Shown here piece by piece: positions 46,945 to 56,877 of a stretch of 64,000 nt of DNA (positions are counted from its first letter, which is position 1; every line of letters starts with the position of its first letter). The DNA comes from Thermoproteota archaeon (lineage in GTDB: Archaea > Thermoproteota > Thermoprotei_A > EX4484-217-1): assembly GCA_029258915.1 (NCBI GenBank), contig JAPDJU010000012.1, forward strand, positions 53,149 through 117,148, written 5' to 3'. A program made the position numbers and the translations under genes. A model generated the notes under the pieces. The model ran no database searches, was not told where the DNA came from, and saw only the letters and a list, made by a program, of their open reading frames with translations.

Positions 46945-48339
46945 TTACTCCACGGGCCAATGTATTATTGGCTTTATTCCCGTTCTTTCCACTACTTCAT
47001 GTCCTCTCTTCTCTGCTTTCTCAAGGATTTTCTCTTCACTTACTGTTAGTATTTTCCTGTTCTCCATTACTATTTTTCCGTCTATTATTACTGTTTCTAC
47101 GTCTTGCCCTTGAGCTGCGTAGACTAAGTGAGTTACAGGGTTTAGCATTGGTATTAGGTGTGGTTTCCAGTAGTCTATGATTATTATATCTGCTTTCTTA
47201 CCTACTTCTATTGACCCTATTTCCCTATCTAATCCTAGAGCTTTTGCACCATTTATTGTCGCCATTTCTATTACTTGTTCGGCTGTTATTGCTTTAGGAT
47301 CTCCATTTATTAGCGCTTGACCTAGTGCTGCTATTTTCATCTCCTCAACCATGTCGTAATTATCATTGCTTGGCCCTCCATCGCATCCTAATCCTACATT
47401 TACTCCTTCTCTAAGCATTTTAGCTACTGGTGTTAGCCCTGAGCCAAGCTTCATGTTACATGATGGGTTGTGGGCTACATGGGTTCCTGTTTTTGCAAGC
47501 AATTTTATTTCCTCATCAGTAACCCAAACTACATGTATTAAAACAACATTGGACCCAAGCATTCCTATGTAATTACAGAACTCTACTGGCCTCATTCTAA
47601 ACTCTTTCTTAAAATATCCTAGATCCTCCTTAGCTTCTGCTAAATGCATTGTTATCCCTATTTTCAGCTCTTTCGCCTTAGCTACTATTTCACGGTATGT
47701 TTCAATAGTGACAGCTCCAGGGGTTCTAGGTGCAAACCATACAAATATTCTACCATGTTTACCATGCCATTTCTGATACATGTGTAAAACCTCTTTCATA
47801 CCATACTCTTTAGTTTCAATAAGTCCTGAATGAATAATGCTTTTCTCTAAAGCATAACCAGGTGTGTCCATTACGTGTCTTCCGAGAACGCCTCTCATAC
47901 CTATTTGTTCAAGTGCTTCAGCAATACCTTCCATACCATATCTTCCTGAAAGACCTGCTTCAAGAAACGTTGTTGTCCCTGATTTCAGCATTTCAACCAT
48001 ACATAGTAGCGCACTTGTTTTACCATCTTCTTTAGTATAGTTTCCTTGAAGAGGCCAAACATAGTCTTTAAGCCAAGGTATTAACTTAACATACTGTGCC
48101 ATACCTCTAATCATAGCTTGAGCCATATGTACATGGAGATCTATAAGACCTGGCATAACTATTTTTCTTGAAGCGTCAATTACAATATCTGAATATTCCT
48201 TATATTCTCTGTCAAGTTTTTCCCTCTTACCAACAGCAACTATTCTATTGCCTTCGATAGCTATTGCTCCATCCCTGATAATCCTTCTATTTTTATCTAC
48301 TGTAATAAACCAGCCCCCTCTAATGTAAATATCCGCCAT
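46945..48339 (-). CDS. Amidohydrolase, nucleobase/nucleoside deaminase family (MTA/SAH or guanine-derivative type)
   Basis: DLHVH, HLAE, HNPSCNMKLGSG, GCDGGPSND and ATINGAKALG. Confidence 0.85.
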   Translation of the reverse strand: MADIYIRGGWFITVDKNRRIIRDGAIAIEGNRIVAVGKREKLDREYKEYSDIVIDASRKIVMPGLIDLHVHMAQAMIRGMAQYVKLIPWLKDYVWPLQGNYTKEDGKTSALLCMVEMLKSGTTTFLEAGLSGRYGMEGIAEALEQIGMRGVLGRHVMDTPGYALEKSIIHSGLIETKEYGMKEVLHMYQKWHGKHGRIFVWFAPRTPGAVTIETYREIVAKAKELKIGITMHLAEAKEDLGYFKKEFRMRPVEFCNYIGMLGSNVVLIHVVWVTDEEIKLLAKTGTHVAHNPSCNMKLGSGLTPVAKMLREGVNVGLGCDGGPSNDNYDMVEEMKIAALGQALINGDPKAITAEQVIEMATINGAKALGLDREIGSIEVGKKADIIIIDYWKPHLIPMLNPVTHLVYAAQGQDVETVIIDGKIVMENRKILTVSEEKILEKAEKRGHEVVERTGIKPIIHWPVE

Positions 48340-48660
48340 AATAAGAGACCACCAAGTAAAATAATTTAAGAAACATATGTAAAAGTAATGGTTAATTTAA
48401 ATTTCTAAAAGTAATATTTCATATCTTTGACTTCATAACTGTATTTATTATTTCATTAACACTTACTTTATTACCTAAGATTTAAGTAGAGCTTTTTAAC
48501 AACACAAGGTTCTCTTGGTGTTGAGGTTTAAACACGTCATTAAAAACTATATACTTTACACGCTGTGTTATGGTAATTTAGGGATGTGTATAAAGCTAAT
48601 ATAGTTGATAACATATTTAGTCTACAAAAAGGTTGTTCAAAACTTAATTTCTAAACCAAG

Positions 48661-50460
48661 GTGTATTACATAATGTATATTAGTGAACTTAATGCTGGGA
48701 TTATGCGGGAACTTGTTTTAACAGCTTTAGGTAAATTAAAAGCTGATTTAGTTTTGAAAAATGCTTCTCTAGTTAACGTTTACACTTCTGAAGTTATTGA
48801 AAACATAAGTATTGGTATAAAAAATGGTAGAATCGCATATGTTGGTGAAAACATTAAACATTTAATAGGTTCTTCAACTCAGGTTATTGATGTTAAAGGA
48901 ATGTATGTTACCCCTGGTTTCATGGATTCTCATATTCATATTGAAAGTAGTATGTTAACTCCATTAGGATTTTCTGAAGCCGTACTACCTCATGGTACAA
49001 CAGCTGTTTTCGTGGATCCTCATGAAATAGCTAATGTTCTGGGTGTTAAAGGTGTTGAGTTTTTCATTAAAGAAGCATTGGAAGCCCCAATCAGAATTTT
49101 TATAAATGTTCCATCATGTGTTCCATCAACACCGGAGGATACCACTGGAGCCATCTTAGGATATAAGGAAGTTGAACATTTGCTTAAAAACCCGTATACC
49201 ATAGGGTTAGCTGAGGTAATGGATTTCTATGGTGTTTTAGCTTTAAGAGAAGATATTATTAGGAAAATTGAAGCTGCACATAAGTTAGGTAAGGTCGTGG
49301 ACGGACATGCACCAAGCCTTTCAGGTAAGTATCTTCAAGCATATATCGCTGCAGGAATATCCTCAGACCATGAGAGTATAAAAGCTGAAGAAGTTATTGA
49401 AAAAGCTAGGTTAGGAATGTATGTTATGCTTAGAGAAGGCAGTGCATGGAGAGATTTAGCTAAAACTGTAAAAGCAATTACTGAGGGAAAGATAGATACA
49501 CGAATGCTACTTTTAGCAAGTGATGATAGGAATCCTTATAATATAGTTCATGAAGGTCATATGGACTATCTTATTAGAAAAATTATTAGCCTCGGTGTAG
49601 ATCCTATTAAAGCTATTCAAATGGCAACGTTGAACATAGCTTTAAGGTTTAAAGTGGATGACCATTTAGGGGGAATAGCGCCGGGCAAATTAGCTGATAT
49701 GGTTGTTCTAGATAGTTTAGATAAGGTTAATGTAAAAATGGTTTTCATAGATGGTAAACTTTTAGCTAAAGAAGGTAAGCCATTATGGCATGTACCTGAA
49801 GGTTACAAAGCGCCTAAACACCTTTATGAAACAATTAATATTAAAAGAAAAATTTCTCCTGAAGACTTCAAAATAAAAGCTCCAATAGTAGAAGGCTCTG
49901 TTAAAGTTAAGGTTATAGGTATAGTTCCTGAAAAAGCTGTAACTAAAAAACTTATAATGAATATACATGTTAAAAACGGGTATGTGCTGTCTGAAATTAA
50001 AAGAGATATTTTAAAAATTGCAATGATTGAAAGGTATAGCGGTAATGGACGTGTAGGTGTGGGGTTAGTTCACGGATTCGGATTTAAATATGGAGCATTA
50101 GCCTCATCAATAGCTCACGATAGCCATAACATATTAATTGTCGGTGTAAGTGAAAAAGACATGGCAACTGCTGCTAATAAGGTAATAGAAATCGGTGGTG
50201 GAATAGTCTTCGCCGCCGACGGGAAAATAAGAGCAGCTGTAGAACTTCCTATTGCAGGCATTTTAAGTGACAAACCTGTGAAAGAAGTTGTAGAAGAATT
50301 AGAGAAACTAACTTTAGAAACAAAGAAAGCCGGCTCTAAACTTAGTGAACCATACATGACGCTTTCAATTTTAGGTTTAATTGTTATTCCAGAGTTAAGA
50401 ATAACTGATAAAGGATTATTTGATGTGGTAAATAATAAATTTACAAGTTTATTTGCATAA
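48661..50460 (+). CDS. ade: Adenine deaminase
   Basis: DSHIHIESS, DPHEIANV, PSCVP, DGHAP, SDHE, REGS, SDD and AHDSHN. Confidence 0.95.
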   Translation: MYYIMYISELNAGIMRELVLTALGKLKADLVLKNASLVNVYTSEVIENISIGIKNGRIAYVGENIKHLIGSSTQVIDVKGMYVTPGFMDSHIHIESSMLTPLGFSEAVLPHGTTAVFVDPHEIANVLGVKGVEFFIKEALEAPIRIFINVPSCVPSTPEDTTGAILGYKEVEHLLKNPYTIGLAEVMDFYGVLALREDIIRKIEAAHKLGKVVDGHAPSLSGKYLQAYIAAGISSDHESIKAEEVIEKARLGMYVMLREGSAWRDLAKTVKAITEGKIDTRMLLLASDDRNPYNIVHEGHMDYLIRKIISLGVDPIKAIQMATLNIALRFKVDDHLGGIAPGKLADMVVLDSLDKVNVKMVFIDGKLLAKEGKPLWHVPEGYKAPKHLYETINIKRKISPEDFKIKAPIVEGSVKVKVIGIVPEKAVTKKLIMNIHVKNGYVLSEIKRDILKIAMIERYSGNGRVGVGLVHGFGFKYGALASSIAHDSHNILIVGVSEKDMATAANKVIEIGGGIVFAADGKIRAAVELPIAGILSDKPVKEVVEELEKLTLETKKAGSKLSEPYMTLSILGLIVIPELRITDKGLFDVVNNKFTSLFA

Positions 50461-50474
50461 ACGGTGGTTAATCT

Positions 50475-51833
50475 ATGCTATTAGACTTAAAAATAGTTAA
50501 TGCTAAAATAGCTACTATTAGCGGTATTTACGAAGGGGCCATAGGTGTTTCTAAGGGTAAGATAAAAGCTATAGTTAAGAACGGAGATGTGTTGAAAGCT
50601 GAAAAACAAATAGATGCTAAAGGAAAACTTATTTTGCCAGGAGCTATAGACGTCCATGCACACATATATGACCCTAAATTTGTTCATAGAGAAGATTTTG
50701 AACATGGAACATTAGCTGCTATTTTTGGAGGAGTAACTACGGTTATAATTATGCCTTTAGACACTCACATAGACAATGTTAACATACTTAAGCACTATAT
50801 TGAGGTTGGTGAAAGAGAATCTTACACGGATTTCTCAATTCAAGGAGGCTTCGTTAAATCAGATAACATTTCCAATGTTGAAGAATTAGCTAAAAATGGT
50901 GTTAAAGCATTTAAAATGTTCACATGTAAACCATATATGGCTTCAGATTACGTATTTATTAGAATGCTTGAGTTAACTAGGAAACTGGACATTTTAATTA
51001 CAGTTCATGCTGAAGATGAAGCTATTTTAGAGCACAGTATTAGAAAGGCTTTAGAAACTGGACGGAAAGACCCAATAATACATCATATTTCAAGACCTCC
51101 TTTAGCTGAAAAAGCAGCTATAGAAAAACTTCTTACATACCTTGAATATATAAGTGGAAACATGCATTTATGCCATATTACGACAAGCTATGCTGTAAAA
51201 GCTATTGAAGAAGGGAAAAGGAAAGGATTAAACATATCTGCCGAAGTATGTACACATCATCTATTATTTACATATAATGATGCTGAAAAATGGGGTCCCT
51301 ATTTAAAAATGAACCCGCCGCTAAGATCAAGAGAACATGTAGAAGCCTTATGGAAGGGACTACAAAATGGAGTAATAGATACTGTAACCACAGATCATGC
51401 ACCAGGAAGCAGGGATGAAAAGGAAGTAGGATGGGAAGATATATGGAGGGCATGGGGTGGCGTTGCTGGAGTAGAAACTTTATTGCCAATAATGTTTACC
51501 TATGGTTTTAAGCGTAATATTTTAAGCTTAGAAGATATTATAAGGCTCTTATCTTTTAATCCCGCTAAGATATTTGGCTTACAGTTTAAAGGAGATATTA
51601 AGCCAGGTTTAGATGCTGATCTTCTAATAGTAGATCCCGGTTTTGCTAAGAAAGTTAAAGCCGAAGATTTACACTATAAGAATCCGTGGACACCTTATGA
51701 AGGTTTAAATCTTTATGGTTGGCCTGAAGTAGTTATCCTCAGAGGTAATGTTATCATTGAAAACAGTGAGCTTATAGAAGTTAAAGGTTTAGGCAGATTT
51801 ATTAAAGCAGCTAATGCATTTTCGAGAATATGA
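50475..51833 (+). CDS. Cyclic amidohydrolase (allantoinase/hydantoinase-like)
   Basis: DVHAH, GGVTT, AFKMF, VHAE, HLCH, KMNPPLR, TDHAP and AWGG. Confidence 0.85.
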   Translation: MLLDLKIVNAKIATISGIYEGAIGVSKGKIKAIVKNGDVLKAEKQIDAKGKLILPGAIDVHAHIYDPKFVHREDFEHGTLAAIFGGVTTVIIMPLDTHIDNVNILKHYIEVGERESYTDFSIQGGFVKSDNISNVEELAKNGVKAFKMFTCKPYMASDYVFIRMLELTRKLDILITVHAEDEAILEHSIRKALETGRKDPIIHHISRPPLAEKAAIEKLLTYLEYISGNMHLCHITTSYAVKAIEEGKRKGLNISAEVCTHHLLFTYNDAEKWGPYLKMNPPLRSREHVEALWKGLQNGVIDTVTTDHAPGSRDEKEVGWEDIWRAWGGVAGVETLLPIMFTYGFKRNILSLEDIIRLLSFNPAKIFGLQFKGDIKPGLDADLLIVDPGFAKKVKAEDLHYKNPWTPYEGLNLYGWPEVVILRGNVIIENSELIEVKGLGRFIKAANAFSRI

Positions 51834-51896
51834 GATTACTTGATGTGTTTATTAAAAAATATTTTATAGTTTGTTTGCAATTACTAACTGTTTGAG

Positions 51897-53072
51897 GTGT
51901 ATTGTTTAATGTTCTCTATAAGGTTTAGTCTACCAACAAAAATTGTTTTCGAAATAGGTTCTATATCTAGAGTTGGTTATGAGGTTGAAGGTTTAGGCAA
52001 GAAAGCGCTCATCGTTATAACAAGAGGAGGGTCGATGATAAAATTTGGTTACTTAGGTAATGTAAGGTTAAGCCTTGAAGCTAGAGGTATAAAATATGCT
52101 GTATACAATAATATCTCTTCTAATCCTAAAGCCGATGAAGTAGAAAAAGGAGTTGAATTTGCTGAAAAAGAGAAATGTGATTTTATCATAGGCTTAGGAG
52201 GCGGTAGCGCTATAGACGCTGCAAAAGCCATTGCTGCAACCCTTGCTTCAGGAAAACCTTTCATAAAATATCTTAGAAAGGAAAAAGAAATCTCAGCAGC
52301 ATACCCTATAGTAGCAATACCTACAACACATGGTACAGGTAGTGAAGTAGATAAATATGCCGTAGTAACCGATACCGAGAGAAAAGCAAAAATATCAATA
52401 ATTAGCTGCTACATCTATCCTAAGGTAGCAATATTAGATCCTGAAACAACAGTTACCTTACCTCCGCAGTTAACAGCTGCAACAGCTTTTGACGCATTAT
52501 CTCATGCTTTAGAAGCATATGTTAATAGAAGTACAAATAGTCTTGCAAGAATGTTTGCTGCAGAAGCTATCAAAAATATAGCTGAAAATATAGAACATGC
52601 AGTAAAACATGGAGTAAACATAACAATTAGAACTAAACTATTATGGGCAAGTATGTTAGCCGGGTTAGCAATAGACCTTGTAAGAACAGCTTTATGTCAT
52701 GCAATGGAACATCCCCTAAGTGCCTTCTATGGTCATGTACACCACGGTTTAGGATTATCAATACTCTTACCTGCATGGATCAAGTACACTTTAGAATCAG
52801 CTAAGAAAGATTTTGCAGAAATAGCGGAAATTATAGGGTTAAAAACAGAAGAATTAACTATAGAACAAGCAGCACAATCAGTGTATAACTACATTGTAGA
52901 TTTACGTAGAACCATAGGTTTAGACTTTAAACTTAGAGATCTAGGCGTTAAAGTAAAAGATGTAGATGCTATGGTCGAAAACGCCTTCACATATATGAAA
53001 CCCTTAATAGAAAACAATCCAAGAATACCTACAAGAGAGGAAATGAAGAATATCTATATGGAAGCATATTAG
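51897..53072 (+). CDS. Iron-containing alcohol dehydrogenase
   Basis: GLGGGSAIDAAK, PTTHGTGSE, DALSHALE, HAMEH and HGL. Confidence 0.92.
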   Translation: MYCLMFSIRFSLPTKIVFEIGSISRVGYEVEGLGKKALIVITRGGSMIKFGYLGNVRLSLEARGIKYAVYNNISSNPKADEVEKGVEFAEKEKCDFIIGLGGGSAIDAAKAIAATLASGKPFIKYLRKEKEISAAYPIVAIPTTHGTGSEVDKYAVVTDTERKAKISIISCYIYPKVAILDPETTVTLPPQLTAATAFDALSHALEAYVNRSTNSLARMFAAEAIKNIAENIEHAVKHGVNITIRTKLLWASMLAGLAIDLVRTALCHAMEHPLSAFYGHVHHGLGLSILLPAWIKYTLESAKKDFAEIAEIIGLKTEELTIEQAAQSVYNYIVDLRRTIGLDFKLRDLGVKVKDVDAMVENAFTYMKPLIENNPRIPTREEMKNIYMEAY

Positions 53073-53108
53073 TAATGAAAATATCTTCATTTAAGCGAAG
53101 CGGTTTAA

Positions 53109-53858
53109 ATGTATGAACAAAAGTTACTTACAACGAAAGCTACTAAATGGATTGCATTAGCTGGTAGTATTATATCTTCTATCGAAAATGCCTATGAAAT
53201 TCTAAGCATCAATAATACATATGTTGACAGTGTTTTTTATCAGTATGATGAATGGGTTCCCGGAAGCGAAATAGTAATTTCAGTAAGAGAATATGAGGGG
53301 AAAATAAAGGACTTTAAAGAACTACTTAACATTGATGAAAGCCTAGCAAAACCAATACTGACTAGCAGAGCATCACCTAACGCCACATATCACTGGAAGA
53401 CACTGTATAATAGAGTTTTAGAAATTTTCTTCAATAACATTGTGGATTATTTAAAATCAAAAACAATTATAACGAATTCTAAACGCACGGAATACATGTT
53501 AATAGTGTCTAAGAGAGGAGAAGGTGTAATCTTACAGGGAGATGTAAACAAGATAAGAATACCTAGAGTAAAGGCATGGCTAATGGCTCACACTCATCCA
53601 AGCCCTTACAGTTTCTTTTCAGCTAAGGATATTGAGACTACTAGAGATCTTTTTGCAAATCAAGGGCTTTTAAGTGCTGTGGTTACTTCAATATCTACCT
53701 GTGTACTTTATAGATGCAGTGACATGGATGTCAGTGATTATGAAAATCTTATAATTGTAGAACGTAAATTAGCTAAAGGCAAAATAGGTGATGCTCTAAA
53801 GGTAATGGGTAAATTAAAAAATGTCAAACTTATAGTTAAAGGGTTACCGGGTTTATAA
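53109..53858 (+). CDS. Protein with C-terminal JAB/MPN+ (JAMM) metalloprotease-like motif
   Basis: E(YML)...HTHPSPYSFFSAKD matches H-x-H-x7-S-x2-D. Confidence 0.6.
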   Translation: MYEQKLLTTKATKWIALAGSIISSIENAYEILSINNTYVDSVFYQYDEWVPGSEIVISVREYEGKIKDFKELLNIDESLAKPILTSRASPNATYHWKTLYNRVLEIFFNNIVDYLKSKTIITNSKRTEYMLIVSKRGEGVILQGDVNKIRIPRVKAWLMAHTHPSPYSFFSAKDIETTRDLFANQGLLSAVVTSISTCVLYRCSDMDVSDYENLIIVERKLAKGKIGDALKVMGKLKNVKLIVKGLPGL

Positions 53859-54629
53859 TGTGCTTAATGGTATAACTATTAGTCCTGCTTTCGGATGCTT
53901 TAATATTTTAACCTTAACTCCATAAGTTTTAGCGATATTTTCTTCTGTTAGAACATCTTGAGGTTTACCTATTGCTATGATTTTGCCTTCATGTAATAGT
54001 ACGAGTTTATCGGAGAAAATGGATGCTAACCTTAAATCATGCATGGTCATTACAGTCAATATGTTCTTAGTTTTACTTATCCTCCTTAAGATGCTGAGCA
54101 CCTCTAATTGATATTTTAAGTCTAAATGTACTGTAGGTTCATCTACAAGCAGTATTTTTGCTTGATGTGCAATAAGCTTAGCCATAATTATTCTTTGCAA
54201 TTCGCCATCGCTTAATTCCTCCATTTTTCTTTCAACAAGGTGTTTTGCATTAACCATTGTTAATGCTTCTTCAACTACAGCCAGATCTTCTTCAGTTTCC
54301 CATAGTCCTTTAGAATATGGGTATCTGCTTGTAAGTAAGAAATCTAAAACTGTTAAGTTAAAGCCTTTTGGAACTTCAAATAGTGAGTGAGCAAGTATTT
54401 TAGCTAATTCCTTATTGCTAATACTCCATAATTCACGGCCATTTAAGTATATAACTCCTTTATGCGGTTTTAAAAGCTTAGCTATGCATTTTAGAAGTGT
54501 TGTTTTACCCGCACCATTAGGGCCAATAATACCTACCATTTCTCCTTCTCTAAATTCTACTGAGACATTTTTTAATGCTTGTATTGAATCATAGTTAAAA
54601 CTTAAACTTGAAATCTTTATTTTAACCAT
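53853..54629 (-). CDS. Cobalamin/Fe-chelate ABC ATPase
   Basis: GPNGAGKT, LSDGELQR, DEPTVHLD and MHDL. Confidence 0.9.
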   Translation of the reverse strand: MVKIKISSLSFNYDSIQALKNVSVEFREGEMVGIIGPNGAGKTTLLKCIAKLLKPHKGVIYLNGRELWSISNKELAKILAHSLFEVPKGFNLTVLDFLLTSRYPYSKGLWETEEDLAVVEEALTMVNAKHLVERKMEELSDGELQRIIMAKLIAHQAKILLVDEPTVHLDLKYQLEVLSILRRISKTKNILTVMTMHDLRLASIFSDKLVLLHEGKIIAIGKPQDVLTEENIAKTYGVKVKILKHPKAGLIVIPLSTL

Positions 54630-54633
54630 GCTC

Positions 54634-55698
54634 CTAACCTCTCATTTTCTTTAACAGGAGATATATGAAGAATGGTGCACCAATAATGCTCATTAAAGCC
54701 CCTACAGGTAATTCACCTAATCCTAGTTGTATGGAGAAATACCTGACAATAATATCAGAGAAGCATAGAAGAGACCCTCCTATGAGAGCTGATGATGGTA
54801 TAAGAACTCTATGGTCGTTACCTACAATTAGCCTTGAAATATGGGGGACAACTAAACCTATAAACCCTATGAGACCTGAAACAGAAACTGCTACACCTGT
54901 AAGAAACGAAGTAGTTAGTATTGCTATATATCTTAGTACTTTAGGATTATAGCCTAGTTGGGAAGCATGTTCATCACCGAAAATTAGGGTGTTTAGTTTC
55001 TTAGAAATAACTAACGCAATGATAAAACCTACGGTAAATGATGTTGAAACTATGAAAACATGAGTTAAGACAATGTTCGAAAAACTTCCAAGTAGTAATA
55101 TGAGAAATGGTATGTTAAGTTTGAATTGGACAATGAAAGCGAGTAGTTGTGAAACTCCAGCAAACATAGCGGAAACAGCTATTCCAGCAAGAATTAGGCT
55201 TAAAGGTGTACCTCCAAGAAACTCAGAAATAGTCATAGTTACGAGTAATGCTGTTAGAGCTCCAGCAAACGATATTAACATTATGGCTGCAGAAGACATG
55301 TGAATTTTAGGGGAAATTATCAAGGAAATACAGAGAAACATTAAAGCACCCGAAGATAAGCCTAAAAGGAAAGGTTCTGCTAAAGGATTTCTAGTTGTTG
55401 TCTGTATGAGTACACCTGAAACTGCTAAGGAAGAACCAACCAAAATAGCAACCATAGTTCTTGAAAAACGTATACCTAAAACAACTTTCCCTAAAGAGCC
55501 CAAATCATAATTTGTAATACCTAGTTTAGATAGAAGAGCTAGTAAAACATCAATAAAACTTATATGTACAGACCCTACGGATAATGATAAGATAAAGACT
55601 GAAAAAGTAACTACTGTAAGTAAAGCTATTTTAATTACTATACGTTTTAATTTCAACCTATATTTAACATGAAGTCTATCAACACTATTATTTGTCAT
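54634..55698 (-). CDS. FecCD/BtuC family ABC permease
   Basis: RNPLAEPFLLG.SSGA, GLIGFIGLVVPH and GAPFF. Confidence 0.92.
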   Translation of the reverse strand: MTNNSVDRLHVKYRLKLKRIVIKIALLTVVTFSVFILSLSVGSVHISFIDVLLALLSKLGITNYDLGSLGKVVLGIRFSRTMVAILVGSSLAVSGVLIQTTTRNPLAEPFLLGLSSGALMFLCISLIISPKIHMSSAAIMLISFAGALTALLVTMTISEFLGGTPLSLILAGIAVSAMFAGVSQLLAFIVQFKLNIPFLILLLGSFSNIVLTHVFIVSTSFTVGFIIALVISKKLNTLIFGDEHASQLGYNPKVLRYIAILTTSFLTGVAVSVSGLIGFIGLVVPHISRLIVGNDHRVLIPSSALIGGSLLCFSDIIVRYFSIQLGLGELPVGALMSIIGAPFFIYLLLKKMRG

Positions 55699-55706
55699 TA
55701 AAGGTC

Positions 55707-56771
55707 TTAGCCTCCCATAGAGACAACATCGGGTCTTTTTTGTTCACCAAATATGTCTGAGTGAAGAATTTTAGCAAGTAGGAGAACAGCCTTAGCTACT
55801 CTAGGTCCGGGTCTACTTACGATATCATCTGCTTCACCAATTAATACGTAAACTTTGCCATTTTTAACAGCCGATGTTTCTGAAAGTTCAGAATTAACTA
55901 TTTCATTAATTACTGCTTTAGCGTCCTCAGTAGTACCCATGACTAGAGCAATAATCACTTCAGGGTCAGCACTAATTACCTCCTCTAAGCTAAGCTGTAT
56001 CCATCCATAATATTTTTCAGCAATATTTATACCGCCAGCTTTACGTATGATGTCATTAAGGAACTTACCAGAACCTACAGTCCATAATCCTAGTGATGGC
56101 GGACCTAACAGTACAAGAGTTTTCACCTTACCTGCTTCTTTCAGTTTTTCCTCTATGGCAATTAGCTGCACACTTATATTTTGGACAAGCTTTGCACCAT
56201 TATCTTCAACATTAAACACCTTAGTTACCAACATAATATCTAGTAGAATATCTTCTACAGTTGCTGCTGCTCCCCCCCTAATGAAAATCACGTTTAAACC
56301 TAGCTCCTCAAATTTGTCCTTGAACTTCATATGGGCATCGGAATCAGCTATGATAATGTCTGGAGCGAGTGCAACTATTTTTTCTAAATCAGGCGACCAG
56401 AACCCACCTATATCCTCTATAACACCTTTGTCTTTAAGCTCAATAACTTCTGGCGGGTAGTCGGAAAATGAGTCAACAGCGACAACCTTACTTCCCAAGT
56501 TGAGTGAGAAAAGTATTTCAGTTATAGACGGTGATAGCGAGATCACTCTTAGAGGTTCACTGCTTACTACTACTTGCCTACCTAGAGCATCAACAATCGT
56601 TAGAGGATAGATTTTTGGTGGAATTGTTTGAGTTAGAGTCTCGGTGACTGTGGTTGTGTAGGTTATAGTAACTGTAGCTGGAGTTAAAGCATGCCAGTAT
56701 AAGGTTAAGCTTCCTCCTAAGAGCAACACTATGAATATTGCAATAATCACGGATATGTTTTTAAGTCGCAT
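55707..56771 (-). CDS. BtuF-like substrate-binding protein (probably cobalamin)
   Basis: YPLTIVDALGR, RVISLSPSITEILF, SDYPP and SRPGPR, with an N-terminal anchor and Thr-rich linker. Confidence 0.8.
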   Translation of the reverse strand: MRLKNISVIIAIFIVLLLGGSLTLYWHALTPATVTITYTTTVTETLTQTIPPKIYPLTIVDALGRQVVVSSEPLRVISLSPSITEILFSLNLGSKVVAVDSFSDYPPEVIELKDKGVIEDIGGFWSPDLEKIVALAPDIIIADSDAHMKFKDKFEELGLNVIFIRGGAAATVEDILLDIMLVTKVFNVEDNGAKLVQNISVQLIAIEEKLKEAGKVKTLVLLGPPSLGLWTVGSGKFLNDIIRKAGGINIAEKYYGWIQLSLEEVISADPEVIIALVMGTTEDAKAVINEIVNSELSETSAVKNGKVYVLIGEADDIVSRPGPRVAKAVLLLAKILHSDIFGEQKRPDVVSMGG

Positions 56772-56794
56772 ATTTGGATACCCTATCCAAATAT
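56770..56794. promoter_or_regulatory. Perfect 11-bp inverted repeat over the btuF-like start/SD
   Basis: ATATTTGGATA-CCC-TATCCAAATAT. On the minus strand the loop holds GGGT and the arm runs into the ATG. Confidence 0.65.
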
Positions 56795-56877
56795 ATTATA
56801 TTCTGCCTTTAAAAATGTATTTGATTAAAATAGTCAATAATTGCTATATTGTGTAGTGAAGTAGGAACAACAAGTTT

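Noticed and set aside
48480-48600. Weak hairpins and a TACACGCTGT 10-mer also found near 6428
   Set aside because: The stems are imperfect and a single short match is compatible with chance. No recognisable RNA or MITE.
56772-56877. Cobalamin riboswitch upstream of the btuF-like gene
   Set aside because: The region is about 100 nt, very AT-rich, and has no B12-box-like sequence.
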